DNA of 61,355 bases, filler included, from Dugesia japonica (GCA_001938525.1; 4 parts of 4 records of this genome joined end to end with filler, not necessarily neighbours in it); one strand, 5' to 3'. Shown: positions 1 through 14,159, counted from the first letter of the whole stretch. The notes: generated by a model from the letters alone, not told the origin. Numbers and translations: made by a program.

Positions 1-919
1 TTTGTGCGGTGTGTGGACGAGCTTTATCTTGATGAATGACAATAACCTTTCTGTTGACCAGTGCCGGGCATTTGGCTATCAAAGCTTCACATAACCAATT
101 GATGACAAAAGATGTCAGCAGTCACAGTCTGACTCATCTTAAGCACTTCAAATAAATCATTCCATTGAGATCCTACCAAACACAGATCAGTGCCTTTTTT
201 TGGTGAAGTCTAGGTTTTGCGGTCTTTAATGGCTTCTCACCACAAGATAGCTATTGTTTTCTGCAAACAGGGTTTTCATACAAAATCCATTTTACATAAT
301 CGCTAACAAAATTTTGAAAAAACTGTTCCTTTTCGGGTCTTAGACGCAATAAATTGCATATAGAAATTTGATGTAATTTTTTATCTTCCGTTAATTTATG
401 TGCAACTCATTTTCCGTCTCTGTAATGGTTTCAAATAGCTATTAGGTGCGCTTAAACGGTGGCCCATTTGTTCCTCAGTGACTGGGTCATTTCTACGATT
501 GTTTGACTCGACCAGAGCTCTCAAAGCATCGTTGTTCGACAAAGATAGTCGTTCATACTTTGGTTTATCCTGAAAACTGTAGTCTCCTGATCGGAATCGA
601 GGGAACCTCTGACATTGACGGACACTTAATATATCTCCATATACATCACATATATGGATAATTTCTGTGGATTTTGGTTGCGTTGGAATTCTTATTATAT
701 TTTGTTGGAAGACAATCTCTTAAATGAGTCAAATCGGGAATGTAGTGACTCATTGTCTGAAAATAGCAAAAAAATATGTTTTGATCAAAATTGTTGTTAT
801 ATAAATGTACTTCAATTTATGTATCGAATAGATTTCCAAGCAAAGGCCAATATAATATAAATTACGTTGAAAATATGTACATATTAAAAACGATCTTTCT
901 TTCGGGTACACCTGATATA
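1..919 (-). mobile_element. Degenerate mariner (Tc1/mariner) element, truncated by window start
   Basis: Minus strand of 1-68 reads PALVNRKVIVIHQDKARPHTAQ (mariner HDNARPH motif). A mariner-type TIR start, TA-TATCAGGTGTACCCGAA, lies on the minus strand at about 900-919. Many stops and frameshifts. Confidence 0.8.
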
Positions 920-1005
920 ATCAAAAATGGCTTTTTTCGATTAAGACAGTACAAAACTGTCAAAATAAACTCTATTATCGATTAGTATATTAACTAGCTT
1001 AAACA

Positions 1006-2169
1006 TAATGGTGTATTCCATAAAAATAGGCGTTTTTGCTATAATAACTTAAATTAAAAATAAACAGATTTTCTGAATAAACAAGTAAATTTTATTTTTA
1101 CTGTCATTTGTTTTAATTTGAACTTTTTAGCGTCAAAGATGACAGTAAAATATGAAATTTTGGTAATTTTATTACATTGGAAACGAAAGATGTCTGCTTC
1201 TGAGCTACACGTTTTATCACAGAAGTTGAAGTTTCAGATGAAATTAAAGACAGCACTGCAAGATGGTGATTCGTCAAATTCAAAAACGGTGGCACACGCG
1301 TCGTCATTCTCTATTAGAAGAAGGCGTCTTGCGGGAGCATGTAGAATCCGACTTGTCTCTTTCTACATGTCAATTGACAGGTAGATTTGACTCTTTAACA
1401 TCAACATTCATCTTCATCTCCGCACAATGGGCAAAAAGTATAGAGCTTCTAAAATAGATCTTCGTGAACTGATTTACCAAACGTCTTCAAATGTCTAAAA
1501 TGCTATATAATAACCCATAAAACGAACGGTTTTTTAAAATAATTGTTGCAATAGGAGAAAGGTGGGTATTGTTAAACAATCCCGACAAAAATTGGCAATG
1601 GCTGTTCCCAAATGAATCACCTATACCATATTCTAAAGTCCGTCAGTTTGAAAAAACGGCCAGGATATCCATTTTTTTGAATTGTGATGACATCTTTTTT
1701 ATCGACCTTTTGTTAGATGGTCAAAGTATAAACTCCAATATTTACTCATCAGAGTTGAAAACACTTCATTTATTGAACCGAAAGAAAGTTTTGTTACAAA
1801 TGCTATATAATAAGTCTCGCGAATATCAACGAAAGCAATCAACAGTCTTTATAGAATTGAGATATTAACGCATACATCATATTTGCCAAAACTTGCGGAT
1901 TCAGACTTTTATCTGTTTTGATCGATGACACATTTTTTCGGGGGCAGCGCTTTGAGAATAGAGAAGACCTTCAGTATAATTTCACAATGTTCTTTGACTC
2001 CAAACCTCGGATTGGTACAAAAAATAACTAAAAAAGTGGAATCCATAAAATTGCCAAACGTTGATCCCTTGTTTGCCAAAATGATAGATATAAACTTTGT
2101 TTTGGGAAATAAAATTTAATTGAAATTTCTTATAGCAAAAACGGTCATTTTTTATGGAACACCCTAATA
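1006..2169 (+). mobile_element. Degenerate mariner element with both TIRs
   Basis: Imperfect TIR pair: TAATGGTGTATTCCATAAAAATAGGCGTTTTTGCTATAA (from 1006) vs reverse complement of 2130-2169 (TATTAGGGTGTTCCATAAAAAATGACCGTTTTTGCTATAA). Internal fragments resemble a mariner transposase (GEKWVLLNN-like, ADSDFYLF, GIGTKNN; YSSELKTLH). Length about 1.16 kb. Confidence 0.8.
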
Positions 2170-3197
2170 GTTTTGGTAGCAATTACTAAATAATTTGTTT
2201 TGTCAATAGAATCTCAATTTTAATATTTTATCAAATTTTTATAATCATTTCATTCCATTTTTAGTTAAATTTCTAAGTTTGACAGTATTCATACTTTATG
2301 GGATTCTTTAATATCGGTATGAAAATTAAAGAGAAATAAGCATTTTCTGAGTCATTACGTAAATAAATTTAGTCATTATTGTTAAAGTTTATTGTAAAAG
2401 TATTCGTAAATTTATTGGCTTAGAAATAAAATTTAACACCAAAAATAATTAAATTTATTAAAACAATAATATTCCAATAAATTTTGAGATCAGTTATCTT
2501 TGGAGATTTTTTGTAAAAAAATTTTCAACTATACAAAAATTCTTAAAAAAAAATTTTATAATTTATTTAAATTTACGTTTTACATTTATAATGAAAGTTT
2601 ACATTATAAATTTAATAAATCTAATTAATATAAATTTTATTTAAAACTACTTTCATATTTAATTTCAATATTATTTTAATTTTATCTAAGATTGTTAAAT
2701 TCTATTTCACCAATCTCACAATTATATTATAATATTATAATTAGTTTGTTTATTTTCTTGTTTTCTTCTTAACCATCAAATTTAAAAATGAATATATATA
2801 TATATATATATATATGTAACAAAAAATATTGAACTACACAATAATAAAAATATTAATTCATTTTAAAATATTTTTGGAAATACATTTACTCTATCCTAAT
2901 TAGTTTTGCTACTTTTATTAACTTTATTTTAATTTATTTTACTTTTAAATATTAATTCATTTTTTTATTTTTAATTTAACATTTCAAAACAGATATTCTA
3001 ATTGCATTTTTATTTCTGAAAATCTTAGATATATCATAATAACGACAGGAGAACTGACAAGCAATTTTAAATTTTTAAGCAATGATGTTCAAAAATTGTT
3101 TTTTAAATTTATGCAACTCGTTTTATCTTTTGATTACGAACAGAAGTGAATTCATTTTTTACAGCAAAGTACTGAAACACGAATTAAACTTGAATCG

Positions 3198-3198
<1 letters not shown>

Positions 3199-3245
<47 letters not shown>

Positions 3246-3272
3246 ATTATTATTATTATTATTACTATTATT
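3199..3272. repeat. (TTA)n microsatellite running into assembly gap
   Basis: Direct reading; followed by an N run. Confidence 0.95.
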
Positions 3273-4838
3273 NNNNNNNNNNNNNNNNNNNNNNNNNNNN
3301 NNNNNNNNNNNNNNNNNNNNNNNNNNNNNNNNNNNNNNNNNNNNNNNNNNNNNNNNNNNNNNNNNNNNNNNNNNNNNNNNNNNNNNNNNNNNNNNNNNNN
3401 NNNNNNNNNNNNNNNNNNNNNNNNNNNNNNNNNNNNNNNNNNNNNNNNNNNNNNNNNNNNNNNNNNNNNNNNNNNNNNNNNNNNNNNNNNNNNNNNNNNN
3501 NNNNTTTTTTTTTGATTTAGTCCGAGTAAAAAGAGAAATCCTGGTGCTCCATTCACAGTGGCTTCTTATATGCAATGGGTATCATTTTTATAAAAATTTA
3601 GAAATGATAAATTGAATTGAATTTAATGATCTCTAAAGTTATTATGTAAGTAAATACCGTCAAATTTATGAGTAGTTAAACTTGCCCTTTCCAATCCGTG
3701 TCTATTTTGTTATGTGTGCTGCCATTTTAAAACCTAAATTCTGTTGTATAAGTCTTTATTACATTGAAAAATCGCATTTATTGTTAAATACATTAATTTG
3801 ACATAAAACACACAGCATATATTTATAAAAAGTTTTTAAAGTTGTGTTTTGGTTTAATAAAATTACATTTTACGGTATTTTGTTTTCCAAATAAATGAGA
3901 AGACATTTTATTGATTTCCTTAAATTTTTTGAAAATACTTCTAATAATATTTAAATTAGAATTATACATTTGCTGCTCATATGGATTTAAAATATCAAAG
4001 TCATTCTGTGAATAGATGATACAGAGTAATGAAGAGTTTTTTTCATAACTACTGGTAATGTACTAGTGCTTTTATAATTACCATTCACTTGTTCTTTTAT
4101 TAGTGTCTGAAACACGTTCTAGGTAAATACATATTGATTAAAAGCTAGCTAAACTCCAACTTTAAGAAAAAATTTAAAAAACTGCTTTCTGCATTTCATT
4201 GGAACATAAAATTAAAAGAATAAAAATTTTAAGAAATTATGAATTTACTGAGAGATTTTCTTGAGATTTTTGTATTTAAGCAATTATGAGAATATTATAT
4301 TGTTATTCTTCGTCTTTAACATTATAAATAAACTAGAAAAATAGAAAGGATTATATTATTTATAAATTATAAGTAGCGAAATATTAATAATAATAATTTG
4401 TTTCTTGAAAAAATATTAAATGGTTTTAATTAATTAGTAAGGCAAGACGAACGATGGAATTAACTGACAGAGATAATGTTGTATATAATTTGTTAAAAGT
4501 TGTTTTTCAAGTAAATATGAAGTTCGTTTTAAACAAATTTTTTTACACTTATAAAGATCAAAATTTAAAAAACGTAGTTGTAACTTTTTTTAATTAATTT
4601 GAATTTCTTAATATAAATAATTAAACAGACCGAAATTATTATGTAATATAAATACATCATAAAGTACCGTATAAATTTTAGAAGTTTTGTGTAACAAGCA
4701 CATTTGACACAGTGTATTTTTTGGTTGGATGCAACTAGTTCGAACCAAATTATTTTTGCTTGCTAAAACTGCTATTTCTGGAATATGTTTATAAATTTAT
4801 CCATAAAATTTTAATAAATGATATTTGGAATTTCTCAG

Positions 4839-5088
4839 TTATCCGATCAAGAAAAGGCATTTATGGACGACGAAGATGATGAAAACAAAGATTCAAATTA
4901 TCCTCTCAGTGGTAACGAAACAAGTATTAACTACACAGATCAAAATAAATTGAAATTCAACAGCACTTACTTTCCACAAACATCTAATAACAATCCATTA
5001 ATCAGTAATGTACCAAATAATTGGTGTACCTTTGAAGATAAAATAGAAATTGGAACTGAAGGTCAACTCACAAACGATCAGTTAACAG
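4839..5088 (+). CDS. AP1AR/Gadkin-like gene, exon A (5' end of gene not resolved)
   Basis: Acceptor tttctcAG at 4838; open frame LSDQEKAFMDDEDDENKD...QLTNDQLT; phase-1 donor G|gtaaag at 5088/5089. Confidence 0.7.
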
Positions 5089-5146
5089 GTAAAGTTTTGA
5101 TACATTCCTTTAAATTTAATATTTTCGTTTTAAGGTTATTATCTAG

Positions 5147-5413
5147 ATGAATTATCTCGTGATATTACTCTGACACGTGATTTGGCTGATCCTAATGATC
5201 CTGTTCTTTATGAAGAAGAGGAAATTGATGGGCCAGAATTAGCCAGACTTATTAGAAGAATGAGACCAAGAGATTTATTTCTTACTGGGGGAAATAGAGA
5301 TATTTTAACATCTGCTCATTCTACAATTCTTATTGGTAATTCGTCAAGCCTTCTCGATAAAGATTCAAGCATTGCTAATTTATACACAAAAATACATCAG
5401 AACCTCATGAAAG
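5147..5413 (+). CDS. AP1AR/Gadkin-like gene, exon B
   Basis: 58-nt intron (5089-5146, GT...atctAG) joins in frame to DELSRDITLTRDLADPNDPVLYEEEEIDGPELARLIRRMRPRD...HQNLMK; phase-1 donor G|gttggt. Confidence 0.75.
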
Positions 5414-6871
5414 GTTGGTAAAATGTGTATCATTTGTAATCGATAATATCTTTTTTCGATAGATGAACGTTTTTAAAATTTATTATCCATACATTTTTGG
5501 CAATTATTCGTTTTTATACAAATCTCCTTGTTCAATTTTTTTAACAATTATGTGTCACTAGTCAAAAATGACGGTTTGTAAATGAAATTTTAGTAGTGTA
5601 AAAATTCCATAATGGTCTGAAAAAAACTCTTAATTTTAAAAATTGATTTCTAATTCAATAATTCATCAATAAAAACATTTTTCTGTTACACTTTCATAAT
5701 TTTTTATAATTCGATCCAAAACTTTATGACATATTTATTATAAAAATAACGGCCAGTTTTTAAATTTAATATATTTTTCTGTCACTAAGACGTTTTTACT
5801 CTGTCATATCATCAAAAGGTTTACAATTTCTATGAAATTAACGGCCATTTAAACTTTAAATTCATACCTCTAAAACTTGCATACACTTTTTAATTATTTA
5901 ACAAATAATTTTGTACCATATTTAAAATTTCAATAAAAAATACAAAATATTATTTATTTTAAATACTTGAGTGCTACAGAGATATATACATACAGATGCA
6001 AANNNNNNNNNNNNNNNNNNNNNNNNNNNNNNNNNNNNNNNNNNNNNNNNNNNNNNNNNNNNNNNNNNNNNNNNNNNNNNNNNNNNNNNNNNNNNNNNNN
6101 NNNNNNNNNNNNNNNNNNNNNNNNNNNNNNNNNNNNNNNNNNNNNNNNNNNNNNNNNNNNNNNNNNNNNNNNNNNNNNNNNNNNNNNNNNNNNNNNNNNN
6201 NNNNNNNNNNNNNNNNNNNNNNNNNNNNNNNNNNNNNNNNNNNNNNNNNNNNCAATTCTTGAATTTTTCAGACCACTAATACTTATTTTCAAATAATAAC
6301 TAATTATACTTTTCCAAAGTAACTTTAATGCAAAATTTGTATAGCCCAATTTGATGTCAAATTATTTTAGTTTTAATAGTCGTAAAAGTTCGTAATCAGT
6401 ACAATACACATCAAATACGATGTATACTAGGTATTTTATGAGTAGCAAGCCGCCCTGTGATAAAAAATGCGCATAGAAAAAATCATTTGCTGAATATTTT
6501 TTGAATTAAATTTTTTTATGCATCATTATAGTTTTACAAAGGAATAGATAAAAAGATACATACTTACCATCGAAGTGGCATTCAAATGAGGTCTACTAAA
6601 AGAGCTCATCATTTTTGTCTTTATGACCGTGAACTTTTGGGACAATCTAATATTATTATTTTCAATAATAAATAATAGTTTTATAATATGATTTAATCGA
6701 TTTATAAGGACAAAATTATTTCTTATTTCGAAAAATTTTTTTCCATTATAATTTTACGAATGTAAAAAATATTTTTATAAAAAGAATGATATTAATNTTT
6801 TTAATTATTATCTTTTAATTAGATTTATAAAAAAAAATAATTTTCAAAATATTATCTTCTTTAACTCATAG

Positions 6872-6949
6872 GAATTCGAGACACGCGTAGCGTGACAAAC
6901 AGTGAGCGTGACCATTCATCAGTTGATCTTGATTGGGATCATGAACCAG
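6872..6949 (+). CDS. AP1AR/Gadkin-like gene, exon C (not in ORF track)
   Basis: Acceptor catAG at 6871; reads GIRDTRSVTNSERDHSSVDLDWDHEP; phase-1 donor G|gtaatt. GC-richer island within AT-rich intron DNA. Confidence 0.75.
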
Positions 6950-8057
6950 GTAATTTTATTATTATGAAAATTATCATTTTAAATTTAGCAATATTAAATG
7001 ATTTTAATTGTCAATAAAAACCACATTTTATTTTTTTTATTATTTTTTAANNNNNNNNNNNNNNNNNNNNNNNNNNNNNNNNNNNNNNNNNNNNNNNNNN
7101 AAAAAATTATAAATTATGAATAAATTATAATTTTTGAAAAAATGAACTTTTTTGACTATTTTGAATGGTGAAATTTCCTTACGTGATAGAAAATTATTCC
7201 AATTGATTTGATGAATTTTTCTCTTGGTTTCTCAATAAGTTTAAAATTATCCAATCAAGTATTCTAAATTGATTCTAGTATTGATTCTTCAGGGAAAACT
7301 ATCTTATTCAATCAGATTACGTTGAAATCAAAATCTGGAAATTCATGAAATATTTTGCTTTTTATTATTTTTTTTCTATTTTCAGTTATTTTCGTTCACA
7401 GTTAAACTTTTAGTTTTACAAATATATAACAAGTGAATTTTTAAATTTTCAAACATTTGATTAATGTTTTTTATTCTCTTACTAGTATAATAAATTTTTT
7501 GATTAAATTTATTGAAAAAAAAAATATTGAATGAAATTCTCTGTTTGGATTATTGGATTAGATAGATTACTAATTTGTCTCAAGAGATAAATAAAATCAT
7601 ATTTTTTCATTGGGTATTTTAGATAATTTCTTTGAAATCCAACAAAGTCGGTAGCTATTATTTCAGCGAAAACGTTTTCTTTTTTTGAGTTTACAAAATG
7701 TTATAATTTTTATTGTGATATTTTCTAGTCGCTTTTATTTATTGATAAAAATATGAACACATGGTTTTTGTATTTCTATTATTTGATTTATTTTGATAAA
7801 TTGTTATTATCAACCGATTGAAGATGGAAATTTTGTTTGCAATACAATATTTGTTTAAATAATTAAATTAAATTAATTAAATAATTTTTATTGAAATTAA
7901 AAGTTTAGGAAAGTTAGGATAGAACACGAAATTTAAAAATAATAAATACAATTTCAAATAGTTTAATTATGTTTAAGAATATAATTTTAAGGTGGTTCCG
8001 GTTTAAATAAAAAAAAATTAATAAACAGTTAAAATATCTCGTAATTTGTTAAATAAA

Positions 8058-8530
8058 CTAGCAGATAAGCCCGAAAGATCGTGCGGTTTTTGTTTATCAA
8101 ACTATGAAAGTCAAATAAAATGTAAAATATAAATCAAACAAAAGATTGTATACATCGAAATAATCACTGTTAAAATAAACAACTTTTTCTTAACTGGACA
8201 CAAGTTTGAATATTCCATTTTTAAAAAAATCTCTGTCTTTTGAGATTAAAAATGTCTTCAATATTTTTGAAATGTTTCCTTTGGAGAATCTGTAGAATCA
8301 ATTTTGGTAAGTTCATTCTCTTAGTGTATTTGGTCCAAACGCTAAACAGTTCCTACGGCATGTCTATGTAGGGCTTGAACTTAGTTTATACTCATAAAAC
8401 AACCATGGTCGTATTTTAACAGATTTGGCAGACATTCCGAAATTCAAAATAAGACAAATCGTTACATAAAATGATTCATTATAACAAAATTAATAAAGTC
8501 TATATAAAAACTTTCATTATATATGTGTGT
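8058..8530 (-). mobile_element. Possible non-autonomous Helitron-like element (in intron)
   Basis: Minus strand ends in a GC-rich imperfect hairpin CCGCACGATCTTTCGGG, then CTAG and T (8058). The other end resembles a Helitron start (ATATAATGAAAG) next to a (CA)n tract. Confidence 0.35.
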
Positions 8531-10828
8531 GTGTGTGTTTATGTGATTTTATACAGCATACTCAAAAATCGCACGAACTTTTGGGTTTACTTGATAAAAT
8601 ATTGTCATGTATTGAAAATCTGGGTGGTCATGTATTACTTGGATGGTACTTAAATAAAAATCTGATAGTGAGTTAAGAGTTTATGGAGATCATTGGACTC
8701 TAAATGGCATAACTCCCAAAGAAGTACTCTATTCTAATTATGGTATATATATCAAAAACGTATCTATGATTGATCTAAATTGACAAAGTAATATACCTCA
8801 TTTTAAAAATATTAAAATCTATTTAACCTACATTTGATAATAAATACTTGTCGGTTTACGAAATACATTATTATTGTTTTCCGAAAAATTGTGGACAAAA
8901 AGTCAAAAACAACAGCATAATCGCAAAATATGGATCATTTACTTAATGCAAGTATAAAAACGAAGTCAAATTGATAATAATCTAAAAAAACAATCCTTCT
9001 TAAATGTGTGAATTCGAAGAGATTGATATAAATTTCTTGGGTCATATTTGAAACTTGAATAAAAAATCGAAACTGTTATACATTTGATATTTTCTCAACT
9101 AAACAAACAACGTAAACGATTGATCGATAAGATCAACTTTTATTATTAATATTTTCTTAGACGCTCGTAAATATTGACTCATTTTAACTATTTAAGTGAC
9201 ACAAAGATAAAAAATATTCAAGGCACTAGAGAACAAATCAAAATTTTTCGTTTCAAATTACATCTGTCAAAATCAATTTTAATGGTTCATTCAGATTAAA
9301 ATAAAATCTCTCTTGAACATTGAATGTATCGAATGTTGCTACTGAAAGTGCATCATTTCATTTAGCAAAAATTGTCTATTTATTTTTTCCAAAACATTCT
9401 AACATTATCAAATCAAATCATTTTCACTACAAATATTATACATCCATAAAACACTAATATGTTCATCGAATATTGATATTAATGCATGATAAATATCGCA
9501 TTTTTCTATCGATTACGTGCATCTATTAGATCTTGCANTTCTTATATAATAAAGAAATGTTTTTAATTTTATTGTTTGTGTAGACAACCCACGTGTTATA
9601 GATGTGGAAATATAGTAATAGGAAAACCTGCAGTGAGTGTATATGTTCAGGAAAATTTTGCATTAGCAATTTGAGGACCACAACTTGTGATAATCACTGA
9701 TAATATTCAATTGTTATATTGATTCAAAAGTAGCAATATTTTAATTTTCAATCAATGATGTTTTAGGAAGTTTTTAATGTTGGCTACTTTTTAGATATTT
9801 AGTTCTTTTCTAATAAAAATTAAGTTCTAAGGTTATTACATTTTGAAAGGTACGTAAGAAATTCTGCATAACTTCGTGATATGACCACTAAATAGTGAAG
9901 CCAAAACAAAATCAGAAAAATTTCTAGAAATAAGAAAAAACATGTCCTCAAAAATTGGATTTATTAAATATATAAATTTTTCTAAATAATATGTCATAAA
10001 TAATTTTACTGTCAACTCACAATAATAGACAGAATCACAAATCGGTTTTTGCTAAAAGAAACAACGCAAGAACTGTGGAACACCGATAGAATACACCATT
10101 TGAATTGTAAGTATTTATACTTTTGTGTAACAATTGTAAGAGAAAATATAGAATTAAATATTGCATTCTTTTTAGTTAAAGTATCTAAATTTCAATAAGG
10201 TATTAGAAATTAAAAATAAAGTCGAAATCTTTCTCTTTCTAAAATTATTAAAGTGATATGCGTAAAATCAATGTAATAGTATTGAATAGCAACCTAACGT
10301 CAATCAAGAAAGTTGAATATTCAGAAATTTTTGAAACAAAACTTTATGAGAACTACAACAACAGATAAACTCAACGAAAATTAAAATATATACATAATAT
10401 AAATATGTAAAATTTCATATTTTACTTGGATATGTAACAAAAAAGTACCATACCATTTTGAAGAAATATGTAAAGGTTTATTTACAATTCCATGCACCTA
10501 TTTCGTAGTATGGTAGGGAAAGTATCGTGAGAATGTGTTGTTTGATTTCTCTTGTCTTTTTTTTGTTCTGCAAAAAAAAGAACAGACTATAGTCTTTGAT
10601 CTTGCCTCTTGACACAGTATGAAACCTTACATTTAATCGAACATTTGTCTCCGTTTTATTGGACGTTGAAGTCGGGTGGTTTTCTTAAAAATATTCTTTT
10701 AGTTGATCGCTTAACAGTTTTATGAACTTCAAATATCTATGAAGACACTTATTCCCTGCTTTTTTACAACTTTATACAATACAAATGCATTTATAATCCT
10801 TTTCCAGTCCCCAGAAAAATAACCATTG

Positions 10829-10830
10829 TG

Positions 10831-10897
<67 letters not shown>
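10829..10897. repeat. (ATT)n microsatellite running into gap
   Basis: Direct reading. Confidence 0.95.
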
Positions 10898-12747
10898 NNN
10901 NNNNNNNNNNNNNNNNNNNNNNNNNNNNNNNNNNNNNNNNNNNNNNNNNNNNNNNNNNNNNNNNNNNNNNNNNNNNNNNNNNNNNNNNNNNNNNCAATAG
11001 AAATAAATCGATAAACAAAGAGTCGGTGAAATTAATTGTTTTACAGATAAAAATAGTCACTTACAAAGTAATGAATTAATTATTATTTATGAATAAAATA
11101 AAGGAAATCACTATAATAGTGATGGTAATTATTTAATTTAATTTTTCAATACCCTTTGCCATTCATTATTTTGAAATTTGAAATCGGAAAGAGTAAAATT
11201 ACTATATAGAAATAATAAAATATTAAAATTTTCGAATTAAAGATAAAATTGTTCAGTGAAGATTTATAAAATTTTTAAAACATTTTATATTCGTCTTAAT
11301 TTTTGATTTCTTGGTTATGATAATATGAGAGAATATTAAAATTTTTGGTAATCAATCAACTGTTAATTAAGCCCTGAGCGATTATGAGATGATTGGAAAA
11401 GTATATCGTGATTTTATATAATTTTTCTCACATTAAATTCAAATGAATTGCCTCTGCTACTTTAAAAATGTTAATATTTTCAAAACTATTATTAGATTAT
11501 TGTAAATATAATCAAGTTTCTTTAGTTTCTATCTGCTTTCTAAGACTGCATAAACTGAGTTTATGTTTGATTGTGGTAGTGAATAAAATATTACCATTGA
11601 ATTAATAATTGGTGAGGGGCCTCGAGCTTATAAGAAAAATCATTTTCAAAAGAATTCTACTCGGTAAACCTAGTTGGTTACAGCAACAATCAAGCATCAA
11701 AATAGAACATTTTTCACAGATATTTTAGAAAGCTCACTTCAAAATATAGATTAGAAAAATTCCCATTTATCGTATTAGTATATCAAAACAAATCAAAGCG
11801 TACAAAGCATTCTAAACTCTGAAATAGAGAGATCCGGGGCTCATTGTATGTTTTATATTGGCAAAAGATTGGTACCTTTGCATTCAAACTTAATATTTAA
11901 TATTTGACGAGTTACTCAGAAAAGTTCGAGTAGTGAAATAACGAGTAACTTGAATTGGTCTATTGCATCTGAATTTATTTGGAGAGTTCAACAAACCATA
12001 TTGAAAAGCCATTAGTTCGTTTGTAAAAGAATCCAATATCACAAAATATTCGTTCAGAAATGTTCATCAGATATAAGTCTTGTATGAAGAGGAAATAACA
12101 ATTTAATTCAGATAAATATAAAAATAATCACTTAATCAGATGATAAAAACTTTAAAACAAATTTAGAAATACGACAGATTAAAATATATTCTTCGACTCG
12201 TAAAACTATGACCAAGATTAAAACGTTAATTGATGAAACGATAAATGTCTATGCAAAGACTTTTCTGAGATCCCAAGAGTTATGAAATTGTTAGCAATGA
12301 AGGACATGTGATATGTTCTTTCCTCTTTTCATGAGGTCATAGAATCAACTTTACTATCGATATTAATGTTCTGGAAATAATTGTTAATCCCTGGATTAAC
12401 TGTATACGAAATATATACTGCCTTATCCTTTTCAGAAAGATTCTACACCATCTAATAAGGATCTAATAAAGCTGCAATAGATGACTGAAAATTTCAATGA
12501 ATACATAAATCCGAGCATTTTGTTATCTAATTCTCCAGACGTATGAAGCGTCATTAAAATGAGATCAATTTACGTTCTCTTAACACCAAAGAATCTTTGA
12601 AAGTCATGATCATGTTTATATGAATTTGAATTATTTAACTTAAGCATGTGGACAAATTAGTTATTTATGTCTTCAAATGTACATTATGGAATAAATACTT
12701 TTTTCTACTAATCAAATCATAATATTAAGCACAAAAACCTTCTATAT

Positions 12748-13330
12748 AGTTATGAAAATTTAAAGAGAGTTGTTTGAATATAACCAGCTGATATTTTAAT
12801 TAAATAAATATTTTTATTATTATTATCCGATCATGAAGATAGATGAAGATGTTTTATCTGGTGACTACGCCAAAAATATGAATGCTGTAACGAGACAACA
12901 ACAAAAATTAATTTTGAATGCTCTAACAAAGAAAGCATATGAATTGATCAATTTAGATAAAGCAGCAGAGAAAATGGTGGATTTTGAGAGAGAGACGCAG
13001 TCAAAGATATTTCAATATGAGAGAGTGGGTATTAGTGCATTTAGAACCACAAAAGAAAATAGGACGATTTTCAGTATGAAGAGCCATACTAGATAGTAAG
13101 GTTTATGTCAGCACATCAGGTATAAATCAAGTTTCCAAATAGTTTGAAAACTAGGAGAATAAAATGGCTAAAAAGATCGAAAACGTTTTGATGGAGGGAA
13201 AAGTTATGAAAATTTAGAAAGAGAGTTGTTTGAATAATAGTTATAACGAACAGATATTTTAATTAAATAAATATGTTTAGTATTTGATTATTATTATTCG
13301 ATTATGAAGATGGATGTAGATATTTTTAAC
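12748..13330 (+). repeat. Imperfect ~110-130 bp direct repeat flanking an 87-aa ORF (12833-13096)
   Basis: AGTTATGAAAATTT..AGAGAGTTGTTTGAATA...GATATTTTAATTAAATAAATA...ATGAAGAT.GATG.AGAT occurs at about 12748-12860 and about 13202-13330. Confidence 0.7.
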
Positions 13331-13482
13331 TAATATAAATATGCAGAAATTATATGTGCATAATACAAATTATCTTTATTTAGATGTTGTATTTCATTGA
13401 CATTCTTATAGACTATTTTTATTTGGTATATAATAAATGTTTGAAATAATTTCCTACGTTATCATGAATATTTGCATTTCAG

Positions 13483-13892
13483 GTATGAATCCATCTTTAG
13501 CGCTTGTTCACAAGCGAACAGACACAGAAGAAGATTTAATTAAACGTCTTAATTCGGAAGAAATCAAAGAAACAGAAACATCAGCAATAAAAAATTCTAC
13601 GAATCCATCTAGACTTCATAATTTGAATACTACAGACAGTAATCCAATAAAAACAGAAAAAAAACAATTAAAAATATCGAATATCAACAAAGAAAACAAT
13701 TATAATTCATCAATTTTATCTCCAATGGATTGTACGGATGAATTAGTTTGGGACATGGAGGAAGACATTTACACTGGTAATCCAAATCAATTTTCAAATG
13801 CCAACCAATCTCATCATCCAGTTTATTTATCCAGTTTTTGCTCATCGAATTCAGTAGTACCTAGTGATAAACGTCATTTGCTTTCCGACTGA
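13483..13892 (+). CDS. AP1AR/Gadkin-like gene, terminal exon D
   Basis: Acceptor tttgcatttcAG at 13482. The in-frame join gives SVDLDWDHEPGMNPSLALVHKRTDTEEDLIKRL, which resembles the recalled vertebrate AP1AR segment SLDLEWEDEEGMNRMLPMRERSKTEEDILRAA. A second acidic-Trp motif, DELVWDMEED, follows; stop TGA at 13892. Confidence 0.7.
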
Positions 13893-14147
13893 CAAAAATT
13901 GAAATTACTGAGAAAAAAAATAAAAGATTTAAATCAACCAAGTGAATTTATTTTTTTCAATTAACTTTATCAAAGATTTCAAATGACAAGTTTCAAAAAA
14001 TTCATATAAAAAATTCATTTAAGAACTCTGTACATTATTTGAGATTATTTGTCAAAGATTAATTTCCAAATTGAATAAAATAACAGTTTAACTAGATATT
14101 TTTNNNNNNNNNNNNNNNNNNNNNNNNNNNNNNNNNNNNNNNNNNNN

Positions 14148-14159
14148 TTAATTAATTAA
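14148..14159. other. Assembly linker TTAATTAATTAA between N runs (also 31088-31099 and 46270-46281)
   Basis: Identical 12-mer with stops in all frames, embedded in near-equal-length N runs, occurring three times. Confidence 0.9.

Noticed and set aside
3152-11079. Poly-I, poly-N and poly-X ORFs in the track (3152-3575, 5954-6349, 10791-11079)
   Set aside because: Artifacts of microsatellites and N gaps.
11640-12700. Coding-like stretch possibly from a hAT transposase
   Set aside because: Too degraded; no motif could be read with confidence.
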